Assembly: GCA_965207065.1 (NCBI GenBank)
Contig: OZ242260.1
Location: forward strand, 2,336,001-2,400,000
Reading direction: 5' to 3'
Origin: a bacterium
GTDB taxonomy: Bacteria > UBA8248
DNA length: 64,000 nt
In this document: positions 49,686 through 59,338 of the stretch, piece by piece
Layout: each line of letters opens with the position of its first letter
Numbering within the stretch: the stretch's first letter is position 1
Made by a program: the position numbers and the translations under genes
Notes under the pieces: generated by a model
Databases searched by the model: none
Told to the model about the DNA's origin: nothing
Seen by the model: the letters and a program-made list of their open reading frames with translations, nothing else

Positions 49686-50522
49686 TCACACCTCGACCTC
49701 CAGCAGGTCGCGTCCCAGAATGATTTCCCCGGCAAAATCCCGCCGGACGTCCTCTTCTATCGCGCGCATGAGGCGCTCGGGTTTTTCGCGGAAATGGGTG
49801 AGGACGAGTTTCTTCACGCCCGCGTCAGCGGCGATCTTTCCCGCCTGCGCCGAGGAGGGGAACAGGTGCCGGGTCAGGCGTTCGGTGTGTGCGTCGGTCA
49901 CCTCCGCCCCGGCCAGATAACAGCACAGCACGAGGGCGTCCGCCCCCCGCGCTAGACGGTCCAGCCCCTCGCAGGGAATCGTATCCCCGCTGATGGCGAC
50001 GATTTTTCCCTCCGCCTCCAGGCGGTAGCCCAGCGTCACCCAGTCGAAATCGGGGATTCCCAGCCCCTGCCCGTGCTCGACGAACTCCGCATACACCTTC
50101 CAGCCCCCGCCCTCACAAACGAGGCCCGCGCCGATCTCGCGCACCTCCACCGGCTTCCACCCCCCTATGGCGGGTTCTCCCTCGGCCCGGAAGCGGATAT
50201 CCTTCGCGTAGACCCTTTCGATCAGGGCTGTGACGACTTCCGCCGTTCCCGCCGGCCCGTATACGCGCAAGGCGCCCGGACGGCCCTGTAGCCAAGTGCT
50301 CAGGATCACGTCGCCCAGGTCGCTGATGTGGTCGTAATGATGATGGGTGATGAAGACCGGATTCACTTCTTTAAGAGGCGCGCCCGCGCGCACGAGCTGG
50401 GTCACCGCCCCGCGGCCGCAGTCGAAGAGCAGCCGCTCCTCACCGGTGTGGACCACGAGGGAAGACCCCAGGCGCGCCGGGTCCGGCCGGGGGCCGCCCG
50501 TGCCGAGCAGGGTGATCTTCAT
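49686..50522 (-). CDS. MBL-fold hydrolase, RNase Z/arylsulfatase-like
   Basis: MKITLLGTGG, FDCG, THHHYDH, SGDT, LVLTHF. Confidence 0.88.
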   Translation of the reverse strand: MKITLLGTGGPRPDPARLGSSLVVHTGEERLLFDCGRGAVTQLVRAGAPLKEVNPVFITHHHYDHISDLGDVILSTWLQGRPGALRVYGPAGTAEVVTALIERVYAKDIRFRAEGEPAIGGWKPVEVREIGAGLVCEGGGWKVYAEFVEHGQGLGIPDFDWVTLGYRLEAEGKIVAISGDTIPCEGLDRLARGADALVLCCYLAGAEVTDAHTERLTRHLFPSSAQAGKIAADAGVKKLVLTHFREKPERLMRAIEEDVRRDFAGEIILGRDLLEVEV

Positions 50523-52027
50523 TCTTCCTCCTCCGGCGGGAAGTGCGGGGCGCTCCTGCCGCGCGTGAAAAAGGGATAAAGCAGAAGAATCGCCGAGGCG
50601 ATCCACGCGAGCAGGGCGAGGGGGTGCTCGATGAAGGTTTCATAACTCCCGCGCGATATGACGAGCGACTGGCGCACCTTTTCCTCAAAAAGCCTGCCCA
50701 GGACGAACGCGAGCACGAGCGGAGCGCCCGGATAGCTCAGCTTGCGCATCATGTAGCCCAGCAGCCCGAAGACGGCCATGAGCAGGACGTCGGTCGGGTT
50801 GTTGCTCACGCTGTAGGCGCCGATTCCGCAGAACAGGAGAATCATGGGCCAGAGGTAGCGGTAGGGCACGGTGAGCAGGCGCGCCCACATGCCCACCAGC
50901 GGCAGGTTGAGCAGCAGAAGCAGCGCGTTTCCGGTGTACATGCTCGTCACCACCCCCCAGAAGATGGCGGGGTGCTCGGTGATCATGAGGGGGCCGGGCT
51001 GCACGCCGTGGGTGAGAAAGGCCGCCGTCAGAACGGCCACCGCAGCGCTCGGGGCGATGCCCAGCGTGAGGAGGGGTATCATGCTGCCCGCCGTGGCGGA
51101 GTTGTTGGCCGCCTCTGGCCCCGCCACGCCTTCTATCACGCCCGTGCCGAATTTCTCGGGTCTTTTGGAGATGCGCCGCTCGAGAGAGTAGGAGAGAAAA
51201 GGGGGCACGATGGTGCCCATGCCGGGCAGGATCCCCATGAAAAAGCCGACGACGCTGCCTCGCCCGATGGCCGGTGCGGAGTCGCGCCAATCCTGTCGCG
51301 TGGGCCACAACCCCTTGATGCGGCCCTTGAACACTTCCATCTTCTCCTCTTTCTCCAGGTTGATCAGCACCTCCGAAATGCCGAACAGGCCGATTACCAG
51401 GGGCGCGAAGCCCACCCCGTCCATCAGGGTGAAGGTGCCGAAATCATAGCGCGGCGTGGATTCCACCGGGTCCAGGCCGACCGTGGATAGGAGGAACCCG
51501 AGCAGGGCGGACGCCGCGGCGCGCGGGCGCGATCCGCCGCTGAACTGGATTACCAGCAGGAAGCTCAGGCACAGGAGCGCGACCAGTTCCGGCGGGCCGA
51601 TCTTCACCGCCATCTCGGCCAGGGCGGGCGCCATGAGCGTGATGCCCAGAACCCCCAGCGTTCCCGCGATGAACGAGCCCCATGCGCAGATGGCGAGCGC
51701 CGGTCCCGCTCTCCCCTGCCGCGCCATCTGGTAGCCGTCCAGCGTTGTCACGACCGAAGACGCCTCGCCGGGCAGGTTGAGCAGAATCGACGTGGTGGAG
51801 CCGCCGTACATCGCCCCGTAGAACACCCCGGCCATGATGATGATGGCGGCCGTCGGTTCCATCTTGATGGTGATCGGGAGGAGGAGTGACATGGTGGCGA
51901 CCGGGCCGAGTCCCGGCAGTACCCCGATGGCCGTCCCCACGAAAACGCCCATGAAGCAGGCGAGGAGGTTGTACGGGGCGAGGCTCACCGAGAAGCCAAA
52001 ATAGAGGTTTGCGAAAAGATCGCCCAT
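50519..52027 (-). CDS. tctA: Tripartite tricarboxylate transporter TctA
   Basis: GVLPGLGP, YGAMYGGSTTSILLNLPGE, LDGYQMARQG, GPEAANNS. Confidence 0.95.
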   Translation of the reverse strand: MGDLFANLYFGFSVSLAPYNLLACFMGVFVGTAIGVLPGLGPVATMSLLLPITIKMEPTAAIIIMAGVFYGAMYGGSTTSILLNLPGEASSVVTTLDGYQMARQGRAGPALAICAWGSFIAGTLGVLGITLMAPALAEMAVKIGPPELVALLCLSFLLVIQFSGGSRPRAAASALLGFLLSTVGLDPVESTPRYDFGTFTLMDGVGFAPLVIGLFGISEVLINLEKEEKMEVFKGRIKGLWPTRQDWRDSAPAIGRGSVVGFFMGILPGMGTIVPPFLSYSLERRISKRPEKFGTGVIEGVAGPEAANNSATAGSMIPLLTLGIAPSAAVAVLTAAFLTHGVQPGPLMITEHPAIFWGVVTSMYTGNALLLLLNLPLVGMWARLLTVPYRYLWPMILLFCGIGAYSVSNNPTDVLLMAVFGLLGYMMRKLSYPGAPLVLAFVLGRLFEEKVRQSLVISRGSYETFIEHPLALLAWIASAILLLYPFFTRGRSAPHFPPEEEE

Positions 52028-52488
52028 CAGAACCCCAGCAGGCCACGGGGGAAGTGCACGTTCAACAGCTTGACGAAGAGCACGAAGGCAGCCGCCGAAG
52101 CCGCCGCCGAGATCAGGAGGCCCCGGAGGAGGGACTGGCGGTCGATCACGAGCCAGCAGAACGCCATGAAGATGAAAGTCGTGGCGAGGAATCCGGACAC
52201 TTCGAGGAGCAGCCCGAAGATCGCCGTCCCCGCCATGACGGAGAGAACCCGCCGGTATCCGGCGAGCGTGAATACGGCCTCAGGTTCTGTGGACGCCTCA
52301 TCCTCCGGGTTTTGACGGAGGTATCGCGTCATCAGGTAGACCGATGTGGCCGCCAGCCCAAAGCATGTCCAGAACGGGAAGAATCCCGGACCGGGCCGGG
52401 TGATGCTCCCGAGACCCAGCCGATGGGCGAACCAGCCCATCAGCAGCGAAACGGCGAGCAGCGCCGCTGGCGGGGCAATCCTGCGCAC
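52027..52488 (-). CDS. tctB: TctB
   Basis: PGPGFFP, four TMs, C-terminal FVKLLNVHFPRG. Confidence 0.85.
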   Translation of the reverse strand: MRRIAPPAALLAVSLLMGWFAHRLGLGSITRPGPGFFPFWTCFGLAATSVYLMTRYLRQNPEDEASTEPEAVFTLAGYRRVLSVMAGTAIFGLLLEVSGFLATTFIFMAFCWLVIDRQSLLRGLLISAAASAAAFVLFVKLLNVHFPRGLLGF

Positions 52489-52498
52489 GGGGGCCGCT

Positions 52499-53482
52499 CT
52501 ATTTTTTCTTGATGCCGACGGCCTTCATGATCTCCTTGGAAGTTTCGTGGTCCTGGCGGGCGAGTTTCTTCGCTCCCGCCCCGTCCACGAATTCCACCCG
52601 GAAGCCCGCCTTGTTCAGTTTCTTCACCACGGCCGGGTCGCCGGCCGTCTTCTGGAGGGCCGCGGAGAACTTGTCGAGAACCGCCTTGGGCGTTCCCTTC
52701 GGCGCCCAAAGACCGGCCCACAGACCGATGCTCGCCCGTCCGAGTCCCTTTTCCTTCAAGGTCGGAATCTTGGGGAACTTCGGGTCACGCGCATTGTCCG
52801 TGATGGCCAGTCCCACCAGTTTGCCCGCCCGCAGCAGCGCCTGCATCGCGCCGAATCCGCCCGCCGAGAAGTCCACGTGGCCGCCCAGGGCGGCGTTTCG
52901 CGCGGGGCCGGAACCCTTGTAGTGCACCGGCGTGGCTTTCAGGCCCCGTATGGCGAGAACCGCCGCCATGGTGAGATACGGCGCGGTCGGCGCCCCGCTC
53001 GTGCCGTAGTTCAGCTTTCCGGGATTTTTCTTGATGTAGGCGAGCAGGCCGTCGAGGTCTTTCCAGCGCTTGTCGGGCTTGGAAACGATGCCCGTCGCGC
53101 CGAAGGCGTACGCGCCGATGTACTCGTAGTCATCCAGCCCGAAGGACAGCGTGCGCAGGGCCGTTCCCACGGTGAGGGGCGCGGACATGGTGGAGAGTAT
53201 GGTGTAGCCGTCCGGTTTGGCCTTCTTGACGTAGTTGTAGGCGATGGCGCCGCCTGCGCCGGGCTTGTTGACGAGCTGGATCGCCCCACCGAAATTTTTC
53301 TGGAGCGCGGGATGGATGATGCGGATCGTGGTGTCTCCCGGCCCTCCCGGCGGGAAGGAGATGATGAATTGTACGGGGTAGCTTGGGTAGTTCGCCGAAT
53401 GCGCGCTTTGCAGGGGCAGGCAGACAAGCGCGACGACGAACAGGAGAAACAGGGAACGACGAGGCATGACGTTTTCCTCCAT
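52499..53482 (-). CDS. tctC: TctC/Bug substrate-binding protein
   Basis: YPSYPVQFIISFPPGG, NKPGAGG, KPDGYT, VHYKGSG, IPTLKE. Confidence 0.92.
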   Translation of the reverse strand: MEENVMPRRSLFLLFVVALVCLPLQSAHSANYPSYPVQFIISFPPGGPGDTTIRIIHPALQKNFGGAIQLVNKPGAGGAIAYNYVKKAKPDGYTILSTMSAPLTVGTALRTLSFGLDDYEYIGAYAFGATGIVSKPDKRWKDLDGLLAYIKKNPGKLNYGTSGAPTAPYLTMAAVLAIRGLKATPVHYKGSGPARNAALGGHVDFSAGGFGAMQALLRAGKLVGLAITDNARDPKFPKIPTLKEKGLGRASIGLWAGLWAPKGTPKAVLDKFSAALQKTAGDPAVVKKLNKAGFRVEFVDGAGAKKLARQDHETSKEIMKAVGIKKK

Positions 53483-53642
53483 GCTGCAGGAAATGCGGGG
53501 AACCGCTCCGCCCCCGGCATATCTCCCGGCTCAGGATCGAAAAAACCTCTTCACATGCGGATTGTCTTTAGTTGTCGGGAGTATAACAAAACGGCGCGCC
53601 GCTCGCTATCGGGCGGAATCTGGGCCTTGCTTGGAGATCGTC

Positions 53643-53766
53643 GTCTTTCCGGCGAAAGCCGGAATCCAGGGATGTGTTTTTGTTTTTTGATTTTGGCGGT
53701 TTTGGAGGTCGGTTCGCGGTGTCGCCATTCCAGAAGGTTCTGGATTCCGGCATGCGCCGGAATGAC
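53643..53766. repeat. Inverted pair of GTCATTCCGGCG...CCGGAATCC palindromic repeats
   Basis: 53643-53667 and 53742-53766; same family as 44841/45052. Confidence 0.75.
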
Positions 53767-53994
53767 GGGGAATTGCTCTCCCCCAATCCCCCCCATATCC
53801 CCGCGCAGAATACCGATGCGCTCGGAGCCGAAAGGAAAGACCCGCTCTTCCGGGAACGGGAAAGGTCCGGCCCGGGGGAACGGATATCATTGCAAATGGC
53901 CAGGAAAAAGTTGATATTAGTCCTTTTGCAATTTTTTTAGTCCGGCCAGGGTGGCGAGGCGCGCATGCCGGCCGATAGCGGAAAGGAGTCCGAG

Positions 53995-54939
53995 ATGAAC
54001 GCTTCTTCGAATGATGGCAGGAAATGCCTGGCGTGGGCGGATTTCCCGGAAGGGTTCACCCCCTTCTTCCTCGACCCGACGGGGGCGCGGCTGGATGCGA
54101 AGGAGCTCTCTCCGGGGGTGTACGCGCTTCTCTCCTCCGTCCCCAACGTGGACAACGCCGGCTTCGTCGTGGGCGAAAGGGACGTGCTGGTGGTCGACGC
54201 CCACATCAACCCGGCCATGGGGCGCCAGATTCAGGAGCGGGTGCGCGAAGTGACCGACAAGCCGATCCGCTACCTCGTCAACTCCAACTACCACGGGGAC
54301 CACACTTTCGGGAACTGCGCGTTTCCGGCCGAGACGGTGGTCATCCAGCACCGCCGGACGGCGGACCTCGTTCCCTTTCACGAGGAAGAGCGGCGCTTCA
54401 TGCTGCCCTGCGTGGGAAACGACCCGAAGATTCTGGAGGAGGTGGAGTTGCGCAGCGCCGACGTCGTCTTCGACGACTACCTGCGGATCGACCTGGGGGG
54501 AAAGGTGGTGGAGTTGCACTATTTCGGCCCGGCGAACACCCCCGGCGACACCATCACCTACGTTCCCGAGGCGAAGGTCGCCTGGACGGGCAACATGACG
54601 GGCGGAAACCTCATCATTCCCCTGGAGAGCGACGCGCCGACCTATATGAACTCGATCGCGCGCCTTGCGCAGACCCTCGAGGTCGAAACCCTCATACCCG
54701 CCCACAACCCCATGTCGGGGCCGGAGCTCCTGGGCGGTTACATGCAGTACCTGAGCGACGTGACCCAGGCCGTGCGGGGGGCCGTCGGCGCCGGATGGAC
54801 GCTCGCCGAGGCGATGGAGCGAATCCCGCTCGACCTCGACAGGCCCTACGCCCCGCCTGCGGATCACCCGCGGTTCGATTTCTTCCAGGACCTGCACAGC
54901 TACGCCGTGATGAAGACCTACCAGTCCCTTTCGGGATGA
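53995..54939 (+). CDS. MBL-fold protein, cyclase-like, with altered metal ligands
   Basis: NAGFVVG, VVDA, NSNYHGDHTFGN, ANTPGD, IPAH; AGGAG RBS. Confidence 0.8.
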   Translation: MNASSNDGRKCLAWADFPEGFTPFFLDPTGARLDAKELSPGVYALLSSVPNVDNAGFVVGERDVLVVDAHINPAMGRQIQERVREVTDKPIRYLVNSNYHGDHTFGNCAFPAETVVIQHRRTADLVPFHEEERRFMLPCVGNDPKILEEVELRSADVVFDDYLRIDLGGKVVELHYFGPANTPGDTITYVPEAKVAWTGNMTGGNLIIPLESDAPTYMNSIARLAQTLEVETLIPAHNPMSGPELLGGYMQYLSDVTQAVRGAVGAGWTLAEAMERIPLDLDRPYAPPADHPRFDFFQDLHSYAVMKTYQSLSG

Positions 54940-55044
54940 CGGGCGACCGCGCCTTGCTTCGCGATTGCCGTTATTCCGGCATACGACGGAAATAAGAAAT
55001 CACTCCCCCTTGAGGGAGTTGTTGAGAAATTTTTTGAAGAGAGC

Positions 55045-55285
55045 AACCCCCTCTACCCCCCCTTGTCAGGGGTCAAACGCGAGTGAGGAACGAGCGTTTG
55101 CATGAGCCATTGGCGGGAAACGCATCGGCTTGCAATTCCTCCCTCCTCGGTCGGAATTGACCCCTGACAAGGGGGGGTAGGGGGGGTTGGTTTTCAGGGG
55201 GGAGCTGTATTCAGACGTCCCTCGATACGGCCCTTGAGGGCCTACTCGGGATGAGGGTGTTTTTGATTACCTCATCCTGAGTAGC
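55045..55285. repeat. Intergenic inverted repeat mosaic
   Basis: ~32-bp arms CCCCCTCTACCCCCCCTTGTCAGGGGTCAA and TTGACCCCTGACAAGGGGGGGTAGGGGGGG; also CTACTCGGGATGAGG and CCTCATCCTGAGTAG; related copy near 56290-56314. Confidence 0.7.
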
Positions 55286-55288
55286 TCC

Positions 55289-55732
55289 CTATCCCGCTCC
55301 CAGATACGCGCTGAGATTCTCCAGGCACTCGTCCCAGCCTCCCTGGTGCTCGTCGCGCATGTTCTCGTCCGGGAATCCCTCGTGTGTAAGTACGACGGCG
55401 GTCTCATCACCCTCATCAAAAAAATCGATGCTCACCCGGGTTTCGGGGTAATCCCAATCGCCCCGTTCCCAGCGGAAGGTGAATACGAGCCGCTCGGGCG
55501 GCCTGATTTCGACGAATTCCCCGTTGAGATAAAAAGACTCATCCTCATCCGTCCGCATCTCGACGCGGTATTTCCCGCCGATTCTCAAATCCATCTCGGC
55601 GCTGGGCACGGTGTGGCCCTCCGTTCCCCACCATTGCTTTAGGGCGTCCGCCTGCGTCCAAGCGGCGAATACTCTCTCCCTGGGCGCCTGGAAGGTTCGT
55701 TTGATGAGAAGGGTCATTTTTGTTTCGATCAT
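55289..55732 (-). CDS. SRPBCC/AHSA1 (START-like) protein
   Basis: RTFQAPRERVFAAWT, DLRIGGKY, PPERLVFT, HQGGW. Confidence 0.9.
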   Translation of the reverse strand: MIETKMTLLIKRTFQAPRERVFAAWTQADALKQWWGTEGHTVPSAEMDLRIGGKYRVEMRTDEDESFYLNGEFVEIRPPERLVFTFRWERGDWDYPETRVSIDFFDEGDETAVVLTHEGFPDENMRDEHQGGWDECLENLSAYLGAG

Positions 55733-56070
55733 TTCGAAGTCTCCGTGTCAGTTGTTTCATCGAGATAGCGGGCGAGGGCGTCGAATCCCTCCTCCCAGAA
55801 CCGCTGGTGGAAATCGAGCCATTCGGACGCTTCCTTCATCGCTCCGGCCTTGAGGCTCAGGCGGTGGACGCGGCCTCTCTTTTCCCTGCGGATCAGGCCG
55901 GCGCGCTCCAGCACGCGCAGGTGTTTCGAGATCGCCGGCAGTGAAATATCGAATGGCGCGGCGAGGCTGGTGACCGTGGCCTCTCCCCGCGAGAGGCGCG
56001 ACAGCATGGCCCGCCTCGTGGGGTCGGAAAGCGCGGAAAAAGTGGCGTCGAGTCCGGCTCCTGCTTTCAT
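55729..56070 (-). CDS. ArsR/SmtB regulator
   Basis: FSALSDPTRRAML, ISLPAISKHLRVLERAGLI. Confidence 0.92.
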   Translation of the reverse strand: MKAGAGLDATFSALSDPTRRAMLSRLSRGEATVTSLAAPFDISLPAISKHLRVLERAGLIRREKRGRVHRLSLKAGAMKEASEWLDFHQRFWEEGFDALARYLDETTDTETSK

Positions 56071-56159
56071 GGGTTACAACGTCTCCTTCCTCGGGGTTGG
56101 CGGTAGGGGCCGTATGTGGGGTTGCCCTGAAAGGCGCGCAGGGGGAAGTAGAGGGGTGT

Positions 56160-56277
56160 GTAGGGGTCGCATATATGCGACCCTTCCCGGCCGGAATGCA
56201 GGGCGTCCGTATCTCCCGCGGTCGACGGCCCGGCCTTTATCGGCACAAAGGCCGGGCCGCATATATGCGGCCCCTAC
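56160..56277. repeat. Inverted pair of GTAG REPs
   Basis: GTAGGGGTCGCATATATGCGACCC and GGGCCGCATATATGCGGCCCCTAC. Confidence 0.75.
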
Positions 56278-56345
56278 ACAAACCGAAGACCCCCCGACCC
56301 CTCTTGTCAGGGGGGCTTTTCTACACCTCCTCTGCCTCTGCCCCC

Positions 56346-56864
56346 CTAAAACGCCCAGCCGAACCCGCTAATATGTCCCCGGAGGTAGCAGATCTGCCCG
56401 CAATGCTGGTGGTAGTCGGAGGCCACTCTCCCCAGGTATTCTCCCGTCTTGGCGGCGTTGCCCCCGATGTCCGTCATTTCCTTTTCGAGGTCCTCCGCCG
56501 AAAGTGATTCCAGCACAGACGTCGTGCGTTCCCGTACGGCGTTGGCGTAGCCGATCAGGTCTTGTTTCGTGAATTTGAGGCCCATCACCTGCTCGAGAGA
56601 ATCGCCGAATCCGATCTGTTTCGGCTCGGGCGCCATGTCGAATTTCTCGTGCCATTTCCCGGCGGTCCAGACCTGCTCCTCACCGGCCACCGCCGCCAAG
56701 GCGCAATCCTCGACCCTCGTCTTGTGCCACATCAGCCAGCCGATGGGGTTGTCCTGGTCGCTGGGACGTTTCTTGAGGTCCGCATCATCGAGGCCCTTCA
56801 GCGCCCGTTTCACGAGTCCGTCGCTCATCTCGAAGGTGAAGGCGATCATTTGCGCTCCGTTCAT
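56346..56864 (-). CDS. DinB-family protein
   Basis: NPIGWLMWH...ED, HQHCGQICYLRG. Confidence 0.85.
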   Translation of the reverse strand: MNGAQMIAFTFEMSDGLVKRALKGLDDADLKKRPSDQDNPIGWLMWHKTRVEDCALAAVAGEEQVWTAGKWHEKFDMAPEPKQIGFGDSLEQVMGLKFTKQDLIGYANAVRERTTSVLESLSAEDLEKEMTDIGGNAAKTGEYLGRVASDYHQHCGQICYLRGHISGFGWAF

Positions 56865-56955
56865 GGAAAGCTCCTGTCGTTGAGTAATGCGTGAAATAAT
56901 TTATTGAATGACCATTTGGTTCGCTTTATGTCTCCCGGATACTGATGTCAGCTTG

Positions 56956-57372
56956 TCAGATGAATTTCTCTTCACGGTGGATGAAGCCGATGCAAAGGCC
57001 GAAGACGCCGAATTGCAGAGCGAGATAGAGCGTTTCCATAAAGACAAACGCAGACGCGCCCGGCACTTCCTGCTTGGCGACGAAGGCGAGCACGTGGGAA
57101 GTCCAGAAGAAGGCGCCCGTGATGAGAGCGAACTTGACCCCTCGCTGGTAACTGCTTCCCCCGGCCTTCAGCATCGGAAACAGAGCGCAGAGCAGAACCC
57201 CCTGAAGCACGATGGTGAGCAAACCGAGGAGAAAGTTCGGCTCCCCCTCGAAGTAGCCGAACGATTCGTATCTCTCTTTGAAAAGCAACACATGCCAGCC
57301 CACGGCGAGCGAGAACGTGCAGATCGTGTAGGCGGCGGCGCCCGATATCAGCTTCTTTGCGTTCATTATCAC
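56956..57372 (-). CDS. Four-TM membrane protein of unknown function
   Basis: Hydrophobic segments, WHVLLF motif. Confidence 0.65.
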   Translation of the reverse strand: MIMNAKKLISGAAAYTICTFSLAVGWHVLLFKERYESFGYFEGEPNFLLGLLTIVLQGVLLCALFPMLKAGGSSYQRGVKFALITGAFFWTSHVLAFVAKQEVPGASAFVFMETLYLALQFGVFGLCIGFIHREEKFI

Positions 57373-57544
57373 GCCCCCGCTGCCGTTTGCATGGGAGATG
57401 CCTCGTCCGCTTGAGAAGCGGCGGAAGGCGGCCTGCTCGCCGGCTGGTCTCCCGCAACGGTGGTTCGGCCCAGGATGCCGGAAATGATTCTTGCGCCGTT
57501 CATGGGAAGCTCCTGTGGTGAAGTTGTCATGAAATCATTTAATG

Positions 57545-57562
57545 ATTAACCATTTGGTTAAT
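57545..57562. promoter_or_regulatory. Palindromic operator, probably for the ArsR regulator
   Basis: ATTAACCA-TT-TGGTTAAT; related TGACCATTTGGTTC near 56909-56922. Confidence 0.55.
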
Positions 57563-57628
57563 TATATAGCTTTCCGTTCTTTCGGTCAACGTGCAGCCTG
57601 GCCTGTATTTGCGATTGTTCGCCTGGTC

Positions 57629-57764
57629 GGGGTTGTTGAAAAAGTCCCCCAAAGTGGCTGTTGTCCCCTCAAAACGAGAGTATTCGCCGGAATGACGACG
57701 GTGATCGATTCCGCCCGATTAGGAAGAAATCGATTGAGCGAGAAGGGGGTGTTCCAACAACCCG
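57629..57764. mobile_element. Degenerate short MITE-like copy
   Basis: GGGGTTGTTGAAAAA...TTCCAACAACCCG with an internal partial CGCCGGAATGAC repeat. Confidence 0.45.
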
Positions 57765-57842
57765 CCTTGTCGGGGAGCGGGTTATGGGCCATGCTTGCGT
57801 GGCGTTCGCCTCGCCGCCCGAGGACCGAGACGGGTTGAGTTC

Positions 57843-58556
57843 ATGAAATCGTTTCTCTTGCGGCCCCTGGCCTGGATGGTCGCGGCCCTGTTGCTGCCCG
57901 CCTGCTGGGGGGCGGCGCTTTCTTTCGGCAAGACTCTCCCGGCCGCTTTTTTCGCAAGCGGCGGCTCGTATCTGCTTGCGCCCGAGGGCTGGGCGTTCAT
58001 TATCGGAGCCTGCGCATACGCCGTCTGGCATCGTCTGGCGCCGCCCGAGTTTCTCTACGCCTTCGTGCACGAGTGCACGCACCTGGCCTTCGCCCTGCTC
58101 ACGGGCAAGAAGGTGAGTTCCTTTGAAGTCAATCAGGGGAGCGGCAAGGTGGGCTTGAGCGGTACGAACACCCTCATCACCCTGGCGCCCTATTTCTTCC
58201 CGCTGCCCACGGTCGCCGTCCTGATTCTGGGCGCGCTGTTGGGCTGGGCTTTCGGATACCCGCAGATCGGCTGGGCGGCGGCGTTTTTCTCAGGGTTAAC
58301 GCTGTGCCTGCACGTGCTCATGACGCTGCGCGCGCTCGGCGCGTCACAGCCCGACATCGCCCGCGGCGGGCGGGTTTTCTCCTGGGCCTTTATTTTTTTC
58401 TTCGGACTTGTCTTTATCGGCGGCGCTGCGCTCGTCTCGGCGGGAGGTTGGGGGGTGGCGGCTTTATACGGCTTGTCGATCTGGCGCGAAAGCCTGGATG
58501 CGTATGCGCTTCTGTTCGGCCTGGTGGAGTATATCGCATGGAGTATCGGCTCTTGA
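57843..58556 (+). CDS. M50-like membrane metallopeptidase
   Basis: FVHECTH, ITLAPYFFP, SQPDI; multiple TMs. Confidence 0.7.
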   Translation: MKSFLLRPLAWMVAALLLPACWGAALSFGKTLPAAFFASGGSYLLAPEGWAFIIGACAYAVWHRLAPPEFLYAFVHECTHLAFALLTGKKVSSFEVNQGSGKVGLSGTNTLITLAPYFFPLPTVAVLILGALLGWAFGYPQIGWAAAFFSGLTLCLHVLMTLRALGASQPDIARGGRVFSWAFIFFFGLVFIGGAALVSAGGWGVAALYGLSIWRESLDAYALLFGLVEYIAWSIGS

Positions 58557-58561
58557 AACGC

Positions 58562-59167
58562 ATGGTTTTCGCATCACGGTTTCGCTCTTGGTTGGTCATT
58601 TTCCTCCTGCTGTTACCGGGCTGCGCCTATGAGATATCGACGATACAGGGCGTCGCGAAGCCGGAGAAAATACAGACTATTGAGCGAATCTCCGTCGCTC
58701 CGTTTCGCTACCCGAGCGACTGGACGGGGCTTTTCCGCGACGTCTACGCGCAGGCTGGGCTGAAGGCGCCCGATGTGAGGAAAATCGAGATGATAGAGGG
58801 CGCCTTCCTGATTCGCGACGCCTTGAGCGCCAAAGGCTATCTGGCGCTTCGCTGGCCGGAGGAACTCGAAAAGAAAGAGGCGGATGATCTGCTGAACGCG
58901 AGTGGCGAAATCGCAGGCGTTCATCTGGCGGCGCTCAAGAGTTCGGGCGCACAGGCGGTCGTTTTGGCGAAAGGCGGGCGGACCTGCGAAAACGTCGAAG
59001 TGTGCATGGGCAGGGTGGAGATACGGCTGATAGTCCTGGGTTCTCAGGAGACGTTGTGGGAATCGCAAGCCGCTGCGACGACGGCGTTCTCCCAGGGGGA
59101 TGAGATGAAAGCCGCCGTCGCCGAGGCGCTCGCCGCATTTCCCGATAAATCACCCGGTTCGAATTAA
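58562..59167 (+). CDS. Hypothetical lipoprotein
   Basis: LLPGC lipobox; start may be 58538. Confidence 0.65.
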   Translation: MVFASRFRSWLVIFLLLLPGCAYEISTIQGVAKPEKIQTIERISVAPFRYPSDWTGLFRDVYAQAGLKAPDVRKIEMIEGAFLIRDALSAKGYLALRWPEELEKKEADDLLNASGEIAGVHLAALKSSGAQAVVLAKGGRTCENVEVCMGRVEIRLIVLGSQETLWESQAAATTAFSQGDEMKAAVAEALAAFPDKSPGSN

Positions 59168-59312
59168 TCGTAGGTAGTTTTAAGTCGGAAAACGCTCCCC
59201 AGCCATGACGAATTGTCGTTTTTTTGTGCGGCCTATGACAAAATGTCATTTTGACCTATCGATAAAAATAGTATGTCATTGAAAAATAACGCGTTATTTA
59301 TGATGGAGAAAA

Positions 59313-59328
59313 TGGCACGGAGCTTGCA
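59313..59328 (+). promoter_or_regulatory. Sigma54 (-24/-12) promoter
   Basis: TGGCAC-GGAGC-TTGCA matches TGGCAC-N5-TTGCW; upstream palindrome ATGACA-AAA-TGTCAT at 59235-59249. Confidence 0.75.
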
Positions 59329-59338
59329 TATTATATGA

